Source of the DNA: an uncultured Clostridium sp.
Lineage (GTDB): Bacteria; Bacillota; Clostridia; TANB77; CAG-508
Direction of reading: 5' to 3'
NCBI GenBank assembly: GCA_900556975.1
Contig: USQZ01000003.1
Coordinates: forward strand, 5,310 to 69,309
DNA: 64,000 nucleotides
Shown here piece by piece: positions 18,916 to 29,164 of the stretch; position 1 is the stretch's first letter; every line of letters begins with the position of its first letter. The translations under genes were made by a program, and so were the position numbers. The notes beneath the pieces are model-generated. The model saw only the letters and a list, made by a program, of their open reading frames with translations. It was not told the origin of the DNA and did no database searches.

Positions 18916-20379
18916 TTATACACCTACTGGACATAACTCATCTGTCACAACATTTTTATCGCTTGAAAAGTCTAGTACTTCATTTTTTAATAGATTTTTA
19001 TACTTATTATACTCGTCATTTTTCTCAATTACGTTACCTTTAAAACCAACTAATATTAAATTTTGTAATTCATCATCATTAAACATTCCATTTTGGACCT
19101 TGAAAATTTTCACATCTTTGAAAACTTTTTTATATGTAGCATATTCATATTTAATAAAATTTGCATTTTTTCCGTCTAGTGCTGATATTATATTAGTTAT
19201 TACTATTCCATTTTCATTTAAGTTTCTTTTAGCTTGAATTAATGCTTCTTCTGTTGTTAATTGAAATGGAACATTTAGTCCTTTAAATGCATCTATTAAT
19301 ATGCAATCATACTTGTTTTGAGTTGTGTTTATATATCTTCTACCATCTTCGTGATAAATATTTAAATTTTCATTTTGTGTATTTAAATCGAAGTATTTTT
19401 CAGCTAGTTCTGTCATTTTCGAATCTATTTCTACTACATCTATTTTTTTATCTTTATATTGTTCTAAAAAATATGATGGATACGTATATGCAGCTCCACC
19501 TATCATTAAAACATTTTCTGTATTTTCTTGATAGTAATTAAATAAATCATAATATTTTAAGTAATCCGCTGTTAAATTTTTTTCACCACTAGCAATTGAT
19601 TCATATCCTGTATCTACTTCTAGCGTGTTATATTCTTTTCCAGAATTATTTGTGAATTTTTTTATCCAAATTCTACTGTATTCTGAATCTGTATCTAATA
19701 TCATGTCTTCATGTTTTTGTAAAAACATTTTCTTACCAACTAAAACAAGTGATACTAATATTACTAATGTTGCAATGATTTTGATTGTATATTTTATGTC
19801 TTTATCTTCATAAATTAAGTATGACAATATTACTAATACAATTACTACTAATAATATTATGTTTTTTACTCCCAATTTAGGAATTAATACAAACCCTGCT
19901 AAAAATGTTCCTACAATGCTACCAATTGTTGACAGTGCTGACATTCTTCCAGACACTCCACCTATTTCTTCCAAGTCTTTATCTTTTAATTTTACGGCAA
20001 ATGGTGATGCTGTTGCTAGAAACATACTTGGGATTCCAAATGTGATTGTAGAACATATTATTGCTAATAATGGTAAACTAAAATTTATCTTCGAAATTGG
20101 TTCTATTGCATAAATTTCTATCATTGGAATTAGGCTTATAAAAGTCGCTGAATTTAGCAAAAATAATGATAGCAAATTTCTTTTGGGATGTTTATCAGAT
20201 ATTTTTCCACCTATAAAATATCCAATGCTCATAAATGCCAACATCATTCCAATTATGCATGTCCATATTAAATTTGAATTTCCCAAATATGGTGATAGAA
20301 TTCTTGATGCAACTAATTCTATTATCATTCCAGTTGCTCCAGCTATGAAGGTTGTGATTTCTAATAGATATTTTTTCAT
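18916..20379 (-). CDS. fused polytopic membrane domain / spermidine-synthase-like (aminopropyltransferase-fold) protein
   Basis: N-terminal roughly 210 aa has about 7 TM segments. The C-terminal domain has the SAM-fold motif VLMIGGAAYTYP and DCILIDAF. Confidence 0.7.
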   Translation of the reverse strand: MKKYLLEITTFIAGATGMIIELVASRILSPYLGNSNLIWTCIIGMMLAFMSIGYFIGGKISDKHPKRNLLSLFLLNSATFISLIPMIEIYAIEPISKINFSLPLLAIICSTITFGIPSMFLATASPFAVKLKDKDLEEIGGVSGRMSALSTIGSIVGTFLAGFVLIPKLGVKNIILLVVIVLVILSYLIYEDKDIKYTIKIIATLVILVSLVLVGKKMFLQKHEDMILDTDSEYSRIWIKKFTNNSGKEYNTLEVDTGYESIASGEKNLTADYLKYYDLFNYYQENTENVLMIGGAAYTYPSYFLEQYKDKKIDVVEIDSKMTELAEKYFDLNTQNENLNIYHEDGRRYINTTQNKYDCILIDAFKGLNVPFQLTTEEALIQAKRNLNENGIVITNIISALDGKNANFIKYEYATYKKVFKDVKIFKVQNGMFNDDELQNLILVGFKGNVIEKNDEYNKYKNLLKNEVLDFSSDKNVVTDELCPVGV

Positions 20380-20381
20380 TT

Positions 20382-21056
20382 CTATTTTTCCTTTTCTGAT
20401 TTTATGTATTCTTCAATATTTCCATCAAATATTACTTCTTGATCAAGTGCAACAACACGTATGTTGGGATTATGAATTTCGTCCAAATCATGTGTTGCCA
20501 TTACAATTGTTATATTTCCCTTTTCATATAAATCATCTAATATTTTGTAAAAATTTTTGATTGTTACTTTATCTAGTCCACTACATGGTTCATCTAATAA
20601 CAGTAATTTTGGCTCGCCTATAAGAGTTCTAGCTAGTAAAACTCTTTGCCTTTGACCTCCTGATAAGTCTCCTATTTTTTTGTTTAATAGGTTCTCAATT
20701 TTTAGTTCTTTTACAATTTGCTTTAATTTTTCTTCGTCTTTTTTTGTGTAAAAAGGCATTATTCCATGCTTTTGTAATCCAGTCATTATAATTTCTTTTG
20801 ATGTTGCTGGAAAATTAATGTCTGTCATGTTGTTTTGTGCCAAGTATGATACTTCAGATCTATCCATTTTAAATTCAACTTTTCCAGAATCTTTTTTTAT
20901 AATTCCTGTTATTGTTTTTAATAATGTACTTTTTCCTGAACCGTTTTTTCCAACAAGACATATGTATTCTTTTTCTTTAACATTTAAATTAATATTTTTT
21001 AATGCAATATGTTCGTTATATTTTACAGATAATTTTTTTACTTCGATAATATTCAT
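20382..21056 (-). CDS. metal ABC transporter ATP-binding protein (ZnuC/AdcC-like)
   Basis: GKNGSGKSTLLK, LSGGQRQRV, LLLLDEP. Start overlaps the stop of the binding-protein gene. Confidence 0.85.
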   Translation of the reverse strand: MNIIEVKKLSVKYNEHIALKNINLNVKEKEYICLVGKNGSGKSTLLKTITGIIKKDSGKVEFKMDRSEVSYLAQNNMTDINFPATSKEIIMTGLQKHGIMPFYTKKDEEKLKQIVKELKIENLLNKKIGDLSGGQRQRVLLARTLIGEPKLLLLDEPCSGLDKVTIKNFYKILDDLYEKGNITIVMATHDLDEIHNPNIRVVALDQEVIFDGNIEEYIKSEKEK

Positions 21057-22021
21057 TAATCTACCTCACTTTGCATTGCTTGTTTTAAATTTTCCAAGTT
21101 TTTATACATTATAGATAAATATGTTTCACCATCATCTAATTGCTTTTGTGTCACAGTATGGACACTATTGAATTCTAAGCTCTTTGCTCCTGTTTCTTCA
21201 GCTATCGTTTTTACAATATTTCCTGATGATAGTTCTTTAAAAAATACTACAGGCAAATTTTCTTTTTTTATTTCTTGTACTACTTTAAATATTTTTTCTA
21301 CGCTTGGTTCTCCATTTTCTCCGCAAGAATCGTATGCAGTTACAAATTTTATGTTGTATCTTTTTATGAAGTAAGCATATGAAAATGGACCTCCAAAAGC
21401 TATTTCATCTTTTTTTGCATTTTTTACTACTTCTTGAAAATCATTATCTAATTTTTTTAGTTTGTTGATATATTCTTCTGCATTTTTTTCATAATATTCT
21501 TTGTTTTTTGGATCTTTTTGAACTAGTTCTTTCTCAATATTCTTAACAAGTTCAATTGATTTTGAAGGGTCTAACCATATATGTGTATCGTATTTTTCAT
21601 GTTCATCATGACCTTCATCTGTTTCTGGCATATATTCTTTTTCGAATTTCTCATTTTCTAGTAATTGTATTCCCTGAGAAATATCCTTTATATTATCTTG
21701 ATTATCTATACCAGATGTGATTGTTTCTCCCCAAGGTTCTAATTGCTTTCCTAAATATAAAAACAAATCTGAACTCTTGATTTCAATAATATCTTGAGGG
21801 GTTGGTTCATAATCATGTATTTCTACTCCAGCTGGAAGTAGCATTGTAACGTTTGCCTTATCTCCAACAATCTGTTTGGTAAAATCATATACTGGATATA
21901 TACTTGCTACTATGTCTATTTTTCCTTCCTGCTTTTCTGGTTTATTTGTTTTATTAAAAATGCAAATTGCTCCAATTACTATAATTATTAATATGATTAA
22001 TGATATACTGGCTTTTTTCAA
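21056..22021 (-). CDS. metal ABC transporter substrate-binding lipoprotein (ZnuA/AdcA/TroA family) with acidic/His-rich loop
   Basis: Signal/lipobox-like N-terminus, the loop ETDEGHDEHEKYDTHIWLDP, and a cluster-9 binding-protein pattern. Confidence 0.8.
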   Translation of the reverse strand: MKKASISLIILIIIVIGAICIFNKTNKPEKQEGKIDIVASIYPVYDFTKQIVGDKANVTMLLPAGVEIHDYEPTPQDIIEIKSSDLFLYLGKQLEPWGETITSGIDNQDNIKDISQGIQLLENEKFEKEYMPETDEGHDEHEKYDTHIWLDPSKSIELVKNIEKELVQKDPKNKEYYEKNAEEYINKLKKLDNDFQEVVKNAKKDEIAFGGPFSYAYFIKRYNIKFVTAYDSCGENGEPSVEKIFKVVQEIKKENLPVVFFKELSSGNIVKTIAEETGAKSLEFNSVHTVTQKQLDDGETYLSIMYKNLENLKQAMQSEVD

Positions 22022-22032
22022 AAGTATGCCTC

Positions 22033-23667
22033 CTATTTTTTATAAAATTCTTCTCCTATAAATTCATATTCAATGTTAGTTAGATTGCTTATATATGTAT
22101 CATAACTTGATACATTCTTTTTGTTGTCTATATAATAAACTTGTGAGTATGCTGGAGTATCTATTACTGACCCATCAGCATTTTTTAATGATATTTTATT
22201 TCCTGATAAATCAACTAAATCATACTGGATATTGCTTGGAAATCCTGATGAATTGAAATTTACTTTAGCTGGTAAATTAGCGCATATCAATATTTCCTGA
22301 TTTAATAACATTGGATTAATGTAGTCATATTCTATGTTTAACATTTTTTGAAATTCTTTATTTATTATAATATATTTATTATCCATGTTTTTTACTATAT
22401 AAGCATCATCAAGTACAAAAATATCTTTATATTCGTCTGATACTCTTTCACCGTTCTCATTTGCAAAGTAAATTATCTCTTTATCATAATCTTTTATTAA
22501 TATGTATTGATCAAAAAATTCTAATATCTGAATATTTCCTTCTAGTTCAACTCTTTTAGTTTCTTTTGTATACCATCCTTGCTTATTTTCTGATGTTTTA
22601 TAGAATGGTAGATATCCATTACTGTATACGTATAAGTTACTTCCGTCAAATTTTAAATTATCACAATCTATACTTACTTTAATGTTTGAATTATCTTTTT
22701 TCATAAACTCATATCTGTTTTTGGTGCCTGTTTGTGAAACAGTTATATAAATATCATATTCATCATTAAATGGATATCTATATGGATACTTATCATATGA
22801 TTTTATTGTAGTCATATTTCTAGTTGGTATTGTAGAAAATTTAGCTGTTATTTTCCCTGATTGATTAAATGTATCTGTATATAATTCTTGCAATTTTTCT
22901 ATTTGTTTTTCATAATTATCAATTGCTATATTGTTTTTATATGACATTACTGTTCTTTGATTCTTTAAAATAATTGATGCTGTATCATCTTGACATACTA
23001 ATGCTATATCAAAATCTTTATCATACATTGTTATAGTTATAAATGGTGATGCATAATCATATTTAAAATCTATTTTTGTCTCGCCATTTTTGTTGATATA
23101 TCCCCATTTTCCGTCTCTTTCTACATTAAGATAAAATTCGTTATCTTCTCCCAAAACGCTTATATTTTTGAAGTATTCTGTATTATATTCTAGATAACCT
23201 TTGCTTTCTTCTTTTACTATTTTCTTTACTTTGTCTTTATATGTTAATATATTCAAACCAAGTAAACCGATTGCAATAATAACAATTGCTACTACTACAA
23301 TATAAAATATATTGTTCATGTATATCATATTTTCTCTGAACATCTGAATGATCACCATTAAAGCTGATAAAATATATAAAACTCCTATGTATGGAACATG
23401 TACAAAATAAAAACATGATGAAAATATCGCAAGTATATATGTAAATAGCAATATTTTATCTTTTCTATTACAAATTAATGTTATTAAATTTATAATTGCA
23501 ACTGCTATTGTTAAGGCTAATATGTATCTATTAATTTCAGTTATAACTTTTAGTTCTTCTGTGCTTGCTCGTGATATGCTTGGCAAATAGAAATTAAAAA
23601 GCAAAACTAAAAGTCCAAAAAATAGGTTCATTCCAGCTACAACACTGTTAACAATTTTACCTCTCAT
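22033..23667 (-). CDS. WG-repeat (KWG) containing membrane protein
   Basis: About 5 N-terminal TM segments, then repeats of the type GKWGYINKNGE. Confidence 0.6.
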   Translation of the reverse strand: MRGKIVNSVVAGMNLFFGLLVLLFNFYLPSISRASTEELKVITEINRYILALTIAVAIINLITLICNRKDKILLFTYILAIFSSCFYFVHVPYIGVLYILSALMVIIQMFRENMIYMNNIFYIVVVAIVIIAIGLLGLNILTYKDKVKKIVKEESKGYLEYNTEYFKNISVLGEDNEFYLNVERDGKWGYINKNGETKIDFKYDYASPFITITMYDKDFDIALVCQDDTASIILKNQRTVMSYKNNIAIDNYEKQIEKLQELYTDTFNQSGKITAKFSTIPTRNMTTIKSYDKYPYRYPFNDEYDIYITVSQTGTKNRYEFMKKDNSNIKVSIDCDNLKFDGSNLYVYSNGYLPFYKTSENKQGWYTKETKRVELEGNIQILEFFDQYILIKDYDKEIIYFANENGERVSDEYKDIFVLDDAYIVKNMDNKYIIINKEFQKMLNIEYDYINPMLLNQEILICANLPAKVNFNSSGFPSNIQYDLVDLSGNKISLKNADGSVIDTPAYSQVYYIDNKKNVSSYDTYISNLTNIEYEFIGEEFYKK

Positions 23668-24499
23668 CTATCATCTCTCCATTTTCTTTTGTCTCTTCAA
23701 CCTTTTTATCTAGCTTAGTTATTCCTAGCATAGCTATAAAAAATACTATTGCTATAATTACTCCTATTACACCTTGTAATGGGCTCGTAAATTCTGGGAT
23801 AAACATAACTAATGATGTTAATGAAAATCCAATTATTGCATAATATGTAATTCCATAAAATTTTTTAAATAAATATGTAATCATTCCTGCTGTTGTTAAA
23901 GCTAAAGTTATATATCCTATTCCAAACGGAATTATTACTGCCATATTAAATGATGTAAATCCTTGAAGGATTGGTGCCAAAACACCCATATATATAAGAA
24001 TATGTATTGTAGTCATTCCTGGCATTACAGCTCCCCATGCATATATTGCTCCATATATTATTAACTCAATAGGGCTAACATATGTAACAGTTTCTCCTGC
24101 CTTAGTATTATTTGCAATCTGTGTACAAATAATTGTTATTATTAATGCAATTAATGTGCTTATTAAGTAAGATTTCTTAAATCCTTTTTTATTAGCTACT
24201 TTAAATAATGTAGGTATTCCTCCAATGATGATTCCTAAAAAAGCACATCTTGTAAAAGCATTGTATTCATTAAGTAAATATGTTACGAGCTTTGCACAGC
24301 ATGCAGCACTAAGTAATATTCCAAGTAGTATTGGCCAAATGTATTTTAAGTTCTCTTTAAAATTTTTGAATGGATTTGCTATAATCTCCATACATCTGTC
24401 ATAAATACCTAGTACAATTGCAAATGTTCCAGCGCCTGCAGTAAGTGCTGCTACTCCTATAATCATTCCTTTAATAAACTTTGTAATATTCTCTTTCAT
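23657..24499 (-). CDS. DUF368-like polytopic membrane protein (family linked to polyprenyl-phosphate recycling)
   Basis: 280 aa with about 8 TM segments. The N-terminal GMIIGVAALTAGAGTFAIVLGIYD resembles the DUF368 signature. Assignment is by eye only. Confidence 0.45.
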   Translation of the reverse strand: MKENITKFIKGMIIGVAALTAGAGTFAIVLGIYDRCMEIIANPFKNFKENLKYIWPILLGILLSAACCAKLVTYLLNEYNAFTRCAFLGIIIGGIPTLFKVANKKGFKKSYLISTLIALIITIICTQIANNTKAGETVTYVSPIELIIYGAIYAWGAVMPGMTTIHILIYMGVLAPILQGFTSFNMAVIIPFGIGYITLALTTAGMITYLFKKFYGITYYAIIGFSLTSLVMFIPEFTSPLQGVIGVIIAIVFFIAMLGITKLDKKVEETKENGEMIDER

Positions 24500-24514
24500 T
24501 TCTTTTCCTTTATA

Positions 24515-25078
24515 TTAATTATATAAATTATTTTCTATTATGTATTCTTTTACATCCTTTGAAACATATTTTTCAATGTCTTGATTTTTTCTTATCATGT
24601 TCCTTATTATACTTGAACTTATTTTTAAGTTTTCTTTATTTTCCATATATATAATATTAGGACTTTTTATTTCTAACGCTTTGTTTTCTCTTCTTTGAAA
24701 TATTAAATATTTATATTCTTTTAGCTTCTCATAGTTTTCCCATGAGCTCATTTTTTCGTAATTATCTTCTCCCATCAAAAAATATATGTCATCATTACTA
24801 TATTTTTCTTTAATTGTTTCAAATATTTCGTTTGCTTTAAAACTTCTATTCATCTCTTGTTCAATGTCTGAAACAAACATTTTTGAATTGTCTTTGCATT
24901 CTAAATTTAGCATATCAATTCTTTGAGATATATCTATTAGTCCTTGTTTTTTGTAAAAATTATTTACTGGCACAAAATAAATTGCATCAAAAGAATATTC
25001 TTTTAATGCCTCTTTTACTAAGTTAATATGTGCTATTGTCGGTGGGTTAAATGCCCCACCGAAAAAGCCTATTTTCAT
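24515..25078 (-). CDS. nadD: nicotinate-nucleotide adenylyltransferase
   Basis: GGAFNPPTIAH (the GxFxPxHxGH motif) and the ISSSIIR motif. ATG 25078 sits 9 nt after AGGAAGGA; the track start is 25087. Confidence 0.85.
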   Translation of the reverse strand: MKIGFFGGAFNPPTIAHINLVKEALKEYSFDAIYFVPVNNFYKKQGLIDISQRIDMLNLECKDNSKMFVSDIEQEMNRSFKANEIFETIKEKYSNDDIYFLMGEDNYEKMSSWENYEKLKEYKYLIFQRRENKALEIKSPNIIYMENKENLKISSSIIRNMIRKNQDIEKYVSKDVKEYIIENNLYN

Positions 25079-25104
25079 TTTTTTCATTCCTTCCTATATT
25101 GCTA

Positions 25105-25788
25105 TTATTCGTGTGTTTCTATTTCTTTTTTTACTATTTCAAAAATTTCTTCATGTATATCCTCAATAGTTCTAATTTGATTGTCTTTTACACAATTTAT
25201 TTCTTCCCAATCATATTCTTTTGCAAGCTCACATGCTGCCTTGTAACTCTCAGCTAAGTATTCTGCATCTTTTTCATGGATGTCTTTTTCCATTGTATGA
25301 CTAAATTTATTTTCTCTGTTTTCCATTAATTTCAAACTATTTCTTGGTGGCATGTTAAGGAAAAATACCTTATCTGGTTTTGGGATTTTATACATGTTAA
25401 ACTCTAAATCAAATAACCATTCTATGAATTTTTTTCTTTCTGTTTTGTCTTGAATTTTTCCTGCTTGATGTATCATATTTGATGTTGTATATCTATCAAC
25501 TAAAAGTATTCCTCCAGTTTCATAATATTTCTCAAGTTCTGTTTTATATGTTGCATATCTGTCTGCTGCATAAAATGTTGAAGCCACATATGCACTTACA
25601 TCACTTGGATGTTTTCCAAAGTCTCCTGATAAATACATTTTTACCAATGATGATGAAGGGCTTTCATAATTTGGAAATGAAGCTGTTTTATACTTTATTC
25701 CCATTTCATCAAATTTATTTTTTAATTTCAAAAATTGTGTTTGTTTTCCACTTCCATCAGTTCCATCAATAACAAATAGTTTTCCCAT
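25105..25788 (-). CDS. tmk: thymidylate kinase family protein
   Basis: P-loop IDGTDGSGKQTQ and the DRYTTSNMIHQ motif. Confidence 0.7.
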   Translation of the reverse strand: MGKLFVIDGTDGSGKQTQFLKLKNKFDEMGIKYKTASFPNYESPSSSLVKMYLSGDFGKHPSDVSAYVASTFYAADRYATYKTELEKYYETGGILLVDRYTTSNMIHQAGKIQDKTERKKFIEWLFDLEFNMYKIPKPDKVFFLNMPPRNSLKLMENRENKFSHTMEKDIHEKDAEYLAESYKAACELAKEYDWEEINCVKDNQIRTIEDIHEEIFEIVKKEIETHE

Positions 25789-25801
25789 TTTTTACTCCTT
25801 A

Positions 25802-27403
25802 TTAATCAATTTTTAATCTTTCGAATAGAGGTTCAATATTTTTGCTTGTTAAATCTATTTCTTTTTCTATATAGATAGGTTTCCAGCTTGGTTCTGGTAA
25901 CTCAAGATATTCTCTTATCTTTTTAGTTGTTGTAGGCATGATTGGTTCAAATAAGTTGCTTAAATTTGCAATTATATTTGCACAAGTAAATATTGTATTT
26001 TTAAATGCTTGCTTATCTTCTTTTATTTGTTTCCAAGGTTCTTGAGTATCATAATATTTATTAGCCTTTTCAACTAAATCCATTATTTTTTCTGTTGCTT
26101 CTCTAAATTCTAATCTTTCAATTAAATCACTAACTTCTGAATAAATTTTTTCAATCTCTTCTTTTATTTCTGAATCTAGTGTAGCAACTTCTATTTTTTC
26201 AATTCCTTTAAATTTCAATGTTCTGTTTACTAAATTTCCGAATTTGTTTAATAATTCTCCGTTATGTGTTGCAACAAAATCTTCTGGAGTAAAGTTTGTA
26301 TCTTTCTTTTCTGGTCCATTACTTATTAAGTGATATCTTAAAGAATCTACCGGATATTTTTCTAATGCTTCTAATGCAGTTATTCCAATCTTTTTACTCT
26401 TTGAAAATTTTTGATCATTATAATTTAGATATTCTGTTGATACTATTGTATCAACTAGATGGTAATTGTCTTCTTGACCAAGAAGTAATGCATTTAAAAT
26501 TATGCTGTGGAATACTATGTTGTCTTTTCCGTGGCACATATAAATTTTATTATTTCTTCCTTCTTTCCAGAAATCTTCCCAGTCCCATCCTCTTTCTTCA
26601 CAAACTCTCATTGTGTCTGTTAAATAACCTAGTACAGCATCTATCCATACATACATTCTTTTATCTTCATATCCTTCAACTGGTATGTCGACGCCCCAAG
26701 TAAGATCTCTTGTTACAGCTCTTTCTTTTAATCCTTGTTTTAAGTATTTCTCAGTTTCGTTTCTTGCATTAACTCTCCAACCATCTTTAACTTCTGCTGT
26801 GTGTTTTTCTATTTTTTCTTGGAATTTAGGTAATCCTAAATACAATATTTTATTATTCTTTTCAATAGTTTTAGTTCCACAAACTATACAATTTCCACCT
26901 ATTAATTCTTCAGAAGTTGGAACGTGTAAGCATTTGTCACATTGATCTCCTTTTGTTTCTTCTCCACATTCAGGACAAGTTAATATAACTTCTCTATCTG
27001 CTAAGAATTTTTCGCATTTTGGGCAATAGCATTGTGGCTCTATTTTTTCATAAATATATCCGTTATCATAAAGTTTTCTAAATAATTTTTGTACATGTTC
27101 TTTGTGATAATCTGTATCTGTGCTTGAAAACAAGTCATATGAAAAATTCATTTTATTAAAAACTTCTCTGAATTCTTTATCATAGCTATCTGCTATTTCT
27201 TTGGGTTCTTTTCCTTCTTTTCTTGCTCTTTCAGTTATTGGAGTACCATGGCAATCTGAACCAGAAACAAACATAACTTTATCACCTTTTAGTCTGTGAT
27301 ATCTTGCAAGTAAATCACCTGACATTAATCCAGCTATATGTCCTAAGTGTAATGAACTATTGGCATATGGCCAAGCATTTCCTATTAATACATTTTTACT
27401 CAT
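25802..27403 (-). CDS. metG: methionine--tRNA ligase (short form, no C-terminal EMAPII-like domain)
   Basis: HIGH-type motif SSLHLGH, KMSKS-type motif KFSKS, and zinc knuckles CPKC...CPEC...CDKC...CIVC. Confidence 0.9.
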   Translation of the reverse strand: MSKNVLIGNAWPYANSSLHLGHIAGLMSGDLLARYHRLKGDKVMFVSGSDCHGTPITERARKEGKEPKEIADSYDKEFREVFNKMNFSYDLFSSTDTDYHKEHVQKLFRKLYDNGYIYEKIEPQCYCPKCEKFLADREVILTCPECGEETKGDQCDKCLHVPTSEELIGGNCIVCGTKTIEKNNKILYLGLPKFQEKIEKHTAEVKDGWRVNARNETEKYLKQGLKERAVTRDLTWGVDIPVEGYEDKRMYVWIDAVLGYLTDTMRVCEERGWDWEDFWKEGRNNKIYMCHGKDNIVFHSIILNALLLGQEDNYHLVDTIVSTEYLNYNDQKFSKSKKIGITALEALEKYPVDSLRYHLISNGPEKKDTNFTPEDFVATHNGELLNKFGNLVNRTLKFKGIEKIEVATLDSEIKEEIEKIYSEVSDLIERLEFREATEKIMDLVEKANKYYDTQEPWKQIKEDKQAFKNTIFTCANIIANLSNLFEPIMPTTTKKIREYLELPEPSWKPIYIEKEIDLTSKNIEPLFERLKID

Positions 27404-27437
27404 CTTTAATCAGTCTCCTCTGTCTATAATTTATATT

Positions 27438-29120
27438 TTAACGTGGTCTTTGTCTTTTCATTCCATATTCATATTCTTCATCTTCAATTTCTCTTGTTGT
27501 AGCCCTTGCTTCATCTATATTTAACTGTGCTAATATAGTTGAACGTTGAGCATACAAATCTGGTAATTCTCTTTTTTCATCACCTAGTTCATATGACATA
27601 TCTACTTCTGTTTTTGAATCTATTGTTTCTTCATCATCTATTTCAATACAGTTTTCAACGCATTGCTCATTATGTCCTGTTCTGCTTTCTATTTCAATAA
27701 TTCTATCTTCAACTGTATTTAATCTTTCTAATAGTTCTTTTCTTTTTGATATATCTTCGAATTTAATTTGGTTTTCTTCGTATGGTGTTTCTTGTTCTTC
27801 TTTTCTCTCGATTACATCTTGTTTTTCCTCAACTTCGTCTTTAAATTGAGTTACTTTAACTTCTCGTTGTCTATCAGTATCTGCTCTTCCTTCCATATAA
27901 ATGCTTTCAGGATAAACTTTTGAAGTTTGTACGTTAACAAATTTACTATCTCCTGTGTTTCTACTTTCAATTAAGTTTAAATCAGTTTCTCCCATTTCAC
28001 CTATGAAAAGTAAGTAGTTATCTTCTTTAGTGTCGTCTACACCGCGTTTACGAATTTGAAAATAATTGTACTTAGTTTGATTTGGATTTCCTTTTCCTGC
28101 TCTTATTTCACCTGTTTTTAATTTAACAGGATTGTTTTTATTTGCCATTGTATCTCTTAATACATGTGCTACTTCTCTTGCAACAGGGGTTATTTCATAG
28201 CCTTGTAATTGTTCAAATTTTCCGTCCTCAGTTTCTCTTACTGTAATAAACTTACTAGAAACAGCTCCATCTCGTGTTCTAATTATATATTTTGTATCGT
28301 TTTTATCTGCCTTATCGTTTAAAAGCTTTGAGCCTTCATCTTTATCTTCGATTTTTATCATGCTTACAATATAGTCTGAATCTACGCCTAAATCTTTTGC
28401 AACTTTTTGCTTTTCTATTTCTTCCTTAGTTTTTTCAGCTTGCTTTTCTTGCAATGAAACAACCTTTAAAGAATTTCCTTTTTCTTTATCATCAGATTCA
28501 ACTTCTTTTACTACTAAGTCTTTTGATAATTTTATTAGACCTACTTGTTCAAATGGCTTTAGTTTTTCTTCTAATTCTGGATCAAGTCTTGTTAAGCCTC
28601 TTTCATCAACTTCTGCTAGTTCTTGTAAGTTTTTAACTTGAACAGTTCCATCTTTTAATGCCTTTATTTCAACGCCTTTTTTTCTCATTTCTTTTAATTG
28701 TTCTGGATTTATTTGTTTTCTTATCATCTCGCGCATTGTAGCACTATCCGCAATATCTTTAAAAGGTAAGTTATTCGCCATTACTTCAATTTGCTCTAGT
28801 CGTAATCCATCACGCATTAAAGACAAAATATCTTTCCTTTTTAATCCTGTTTCATCCATCAATTTTTGAATTTGTTCTTGTTCATAGCTATAATTAGTTA
28901 CATTTAGAATCTCTGATTTTCCTTCTGTGTTCTGCATTACGATTATATTTGGTATTTTTATACTGCCATCTGCTAGTTCTATATCAGACATTCTTCTGAT
29001 TGATGAAAAAGTTTCTCTTTCTCTTCCAGTTTTTAAAAGATAATCATGCATTAATGTAAGTTCAGAAAGTTCTTCTCCTAATAATTCTTTCTCTTTTTCC
29101 TTTAATAAACCTTTCGCCAT
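27438..29120 (-). CDS. hypothetical acidic protein
   Basis: ATG 29120 follows GAAAGGAA (MAKGLLKEKEKE...); the track start is 29150. About 560 aa, highly charged, no recognised motif. Confidence 0.5.
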   Translation of the reverse strand: MAKGLLKEKEKELLGEELSELTLMHDYLLKTGRERETFSSIRRMSDIELADGSIKIPNIIVMQNTEGKSEILNVTNYSYEQEQIQKLMDETGLKRKDILSLMRDGLRLEQIEVMANNLPFKDIADSATMREMIRKQINPEQLKEMRKKGVEIKALKDGTVQVKNLQELAEVDERGLTRLDPELEEKLKPFEQVGLIKLSKDLVVKEVESDDKEKGNSLKVVSLQEKQAEKTKEEIEKQKVAKDLGVDSDYIVSMIKIEDKDEGSKLLNDKADKNDTKYIIRTRDGAVSSKFITVRETEDGKFEQLQGYEITPVAREVAHVLRDTMANKNNPVKLKTGEIRAGKGNPNQTKYNYFQIRKRGVDDTKEDNYLLFIGEMGETDLNLIESRNTGDSKFVNVQTSKVYPESIYMEGRADTDRQREVKVTQFKDEVEEKQDVIERKEEQETPYEENQIKFEDISKRKELLERLNTVEDRIIEIESRTGHNEQCVENCIEIDDEETIDSKTEVDMSYELGDEKRELPDLYAQRSTILAQLNIDEARATTREIEDEEYEYGMKRQRPR

Positions 29121-29164
29121 TTTTAAATTCCTTTCACATAAATTATGCATAGAATAAAGCTAAT

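Noticed and set aside
18776-19237. 153-aa plus-strand ORF spanning an intergenic region and the 3' end of the spermidine-synthase-like gene
   Set aside because: It is antisense to two supported genes, is low-complexity, and has no RBS.
22022-22032. Search for a Zur/AdcR-type operator near the zinc uptake genes and the ZIP gene (57397-57449)
   Set aside because: The upstream gaps are only about 10 and about 50 nt, and I saw no TCGTAAT-N-ATTACGA-like palindrome. The regulatory site, if any, must lie further upstream in the long operon.
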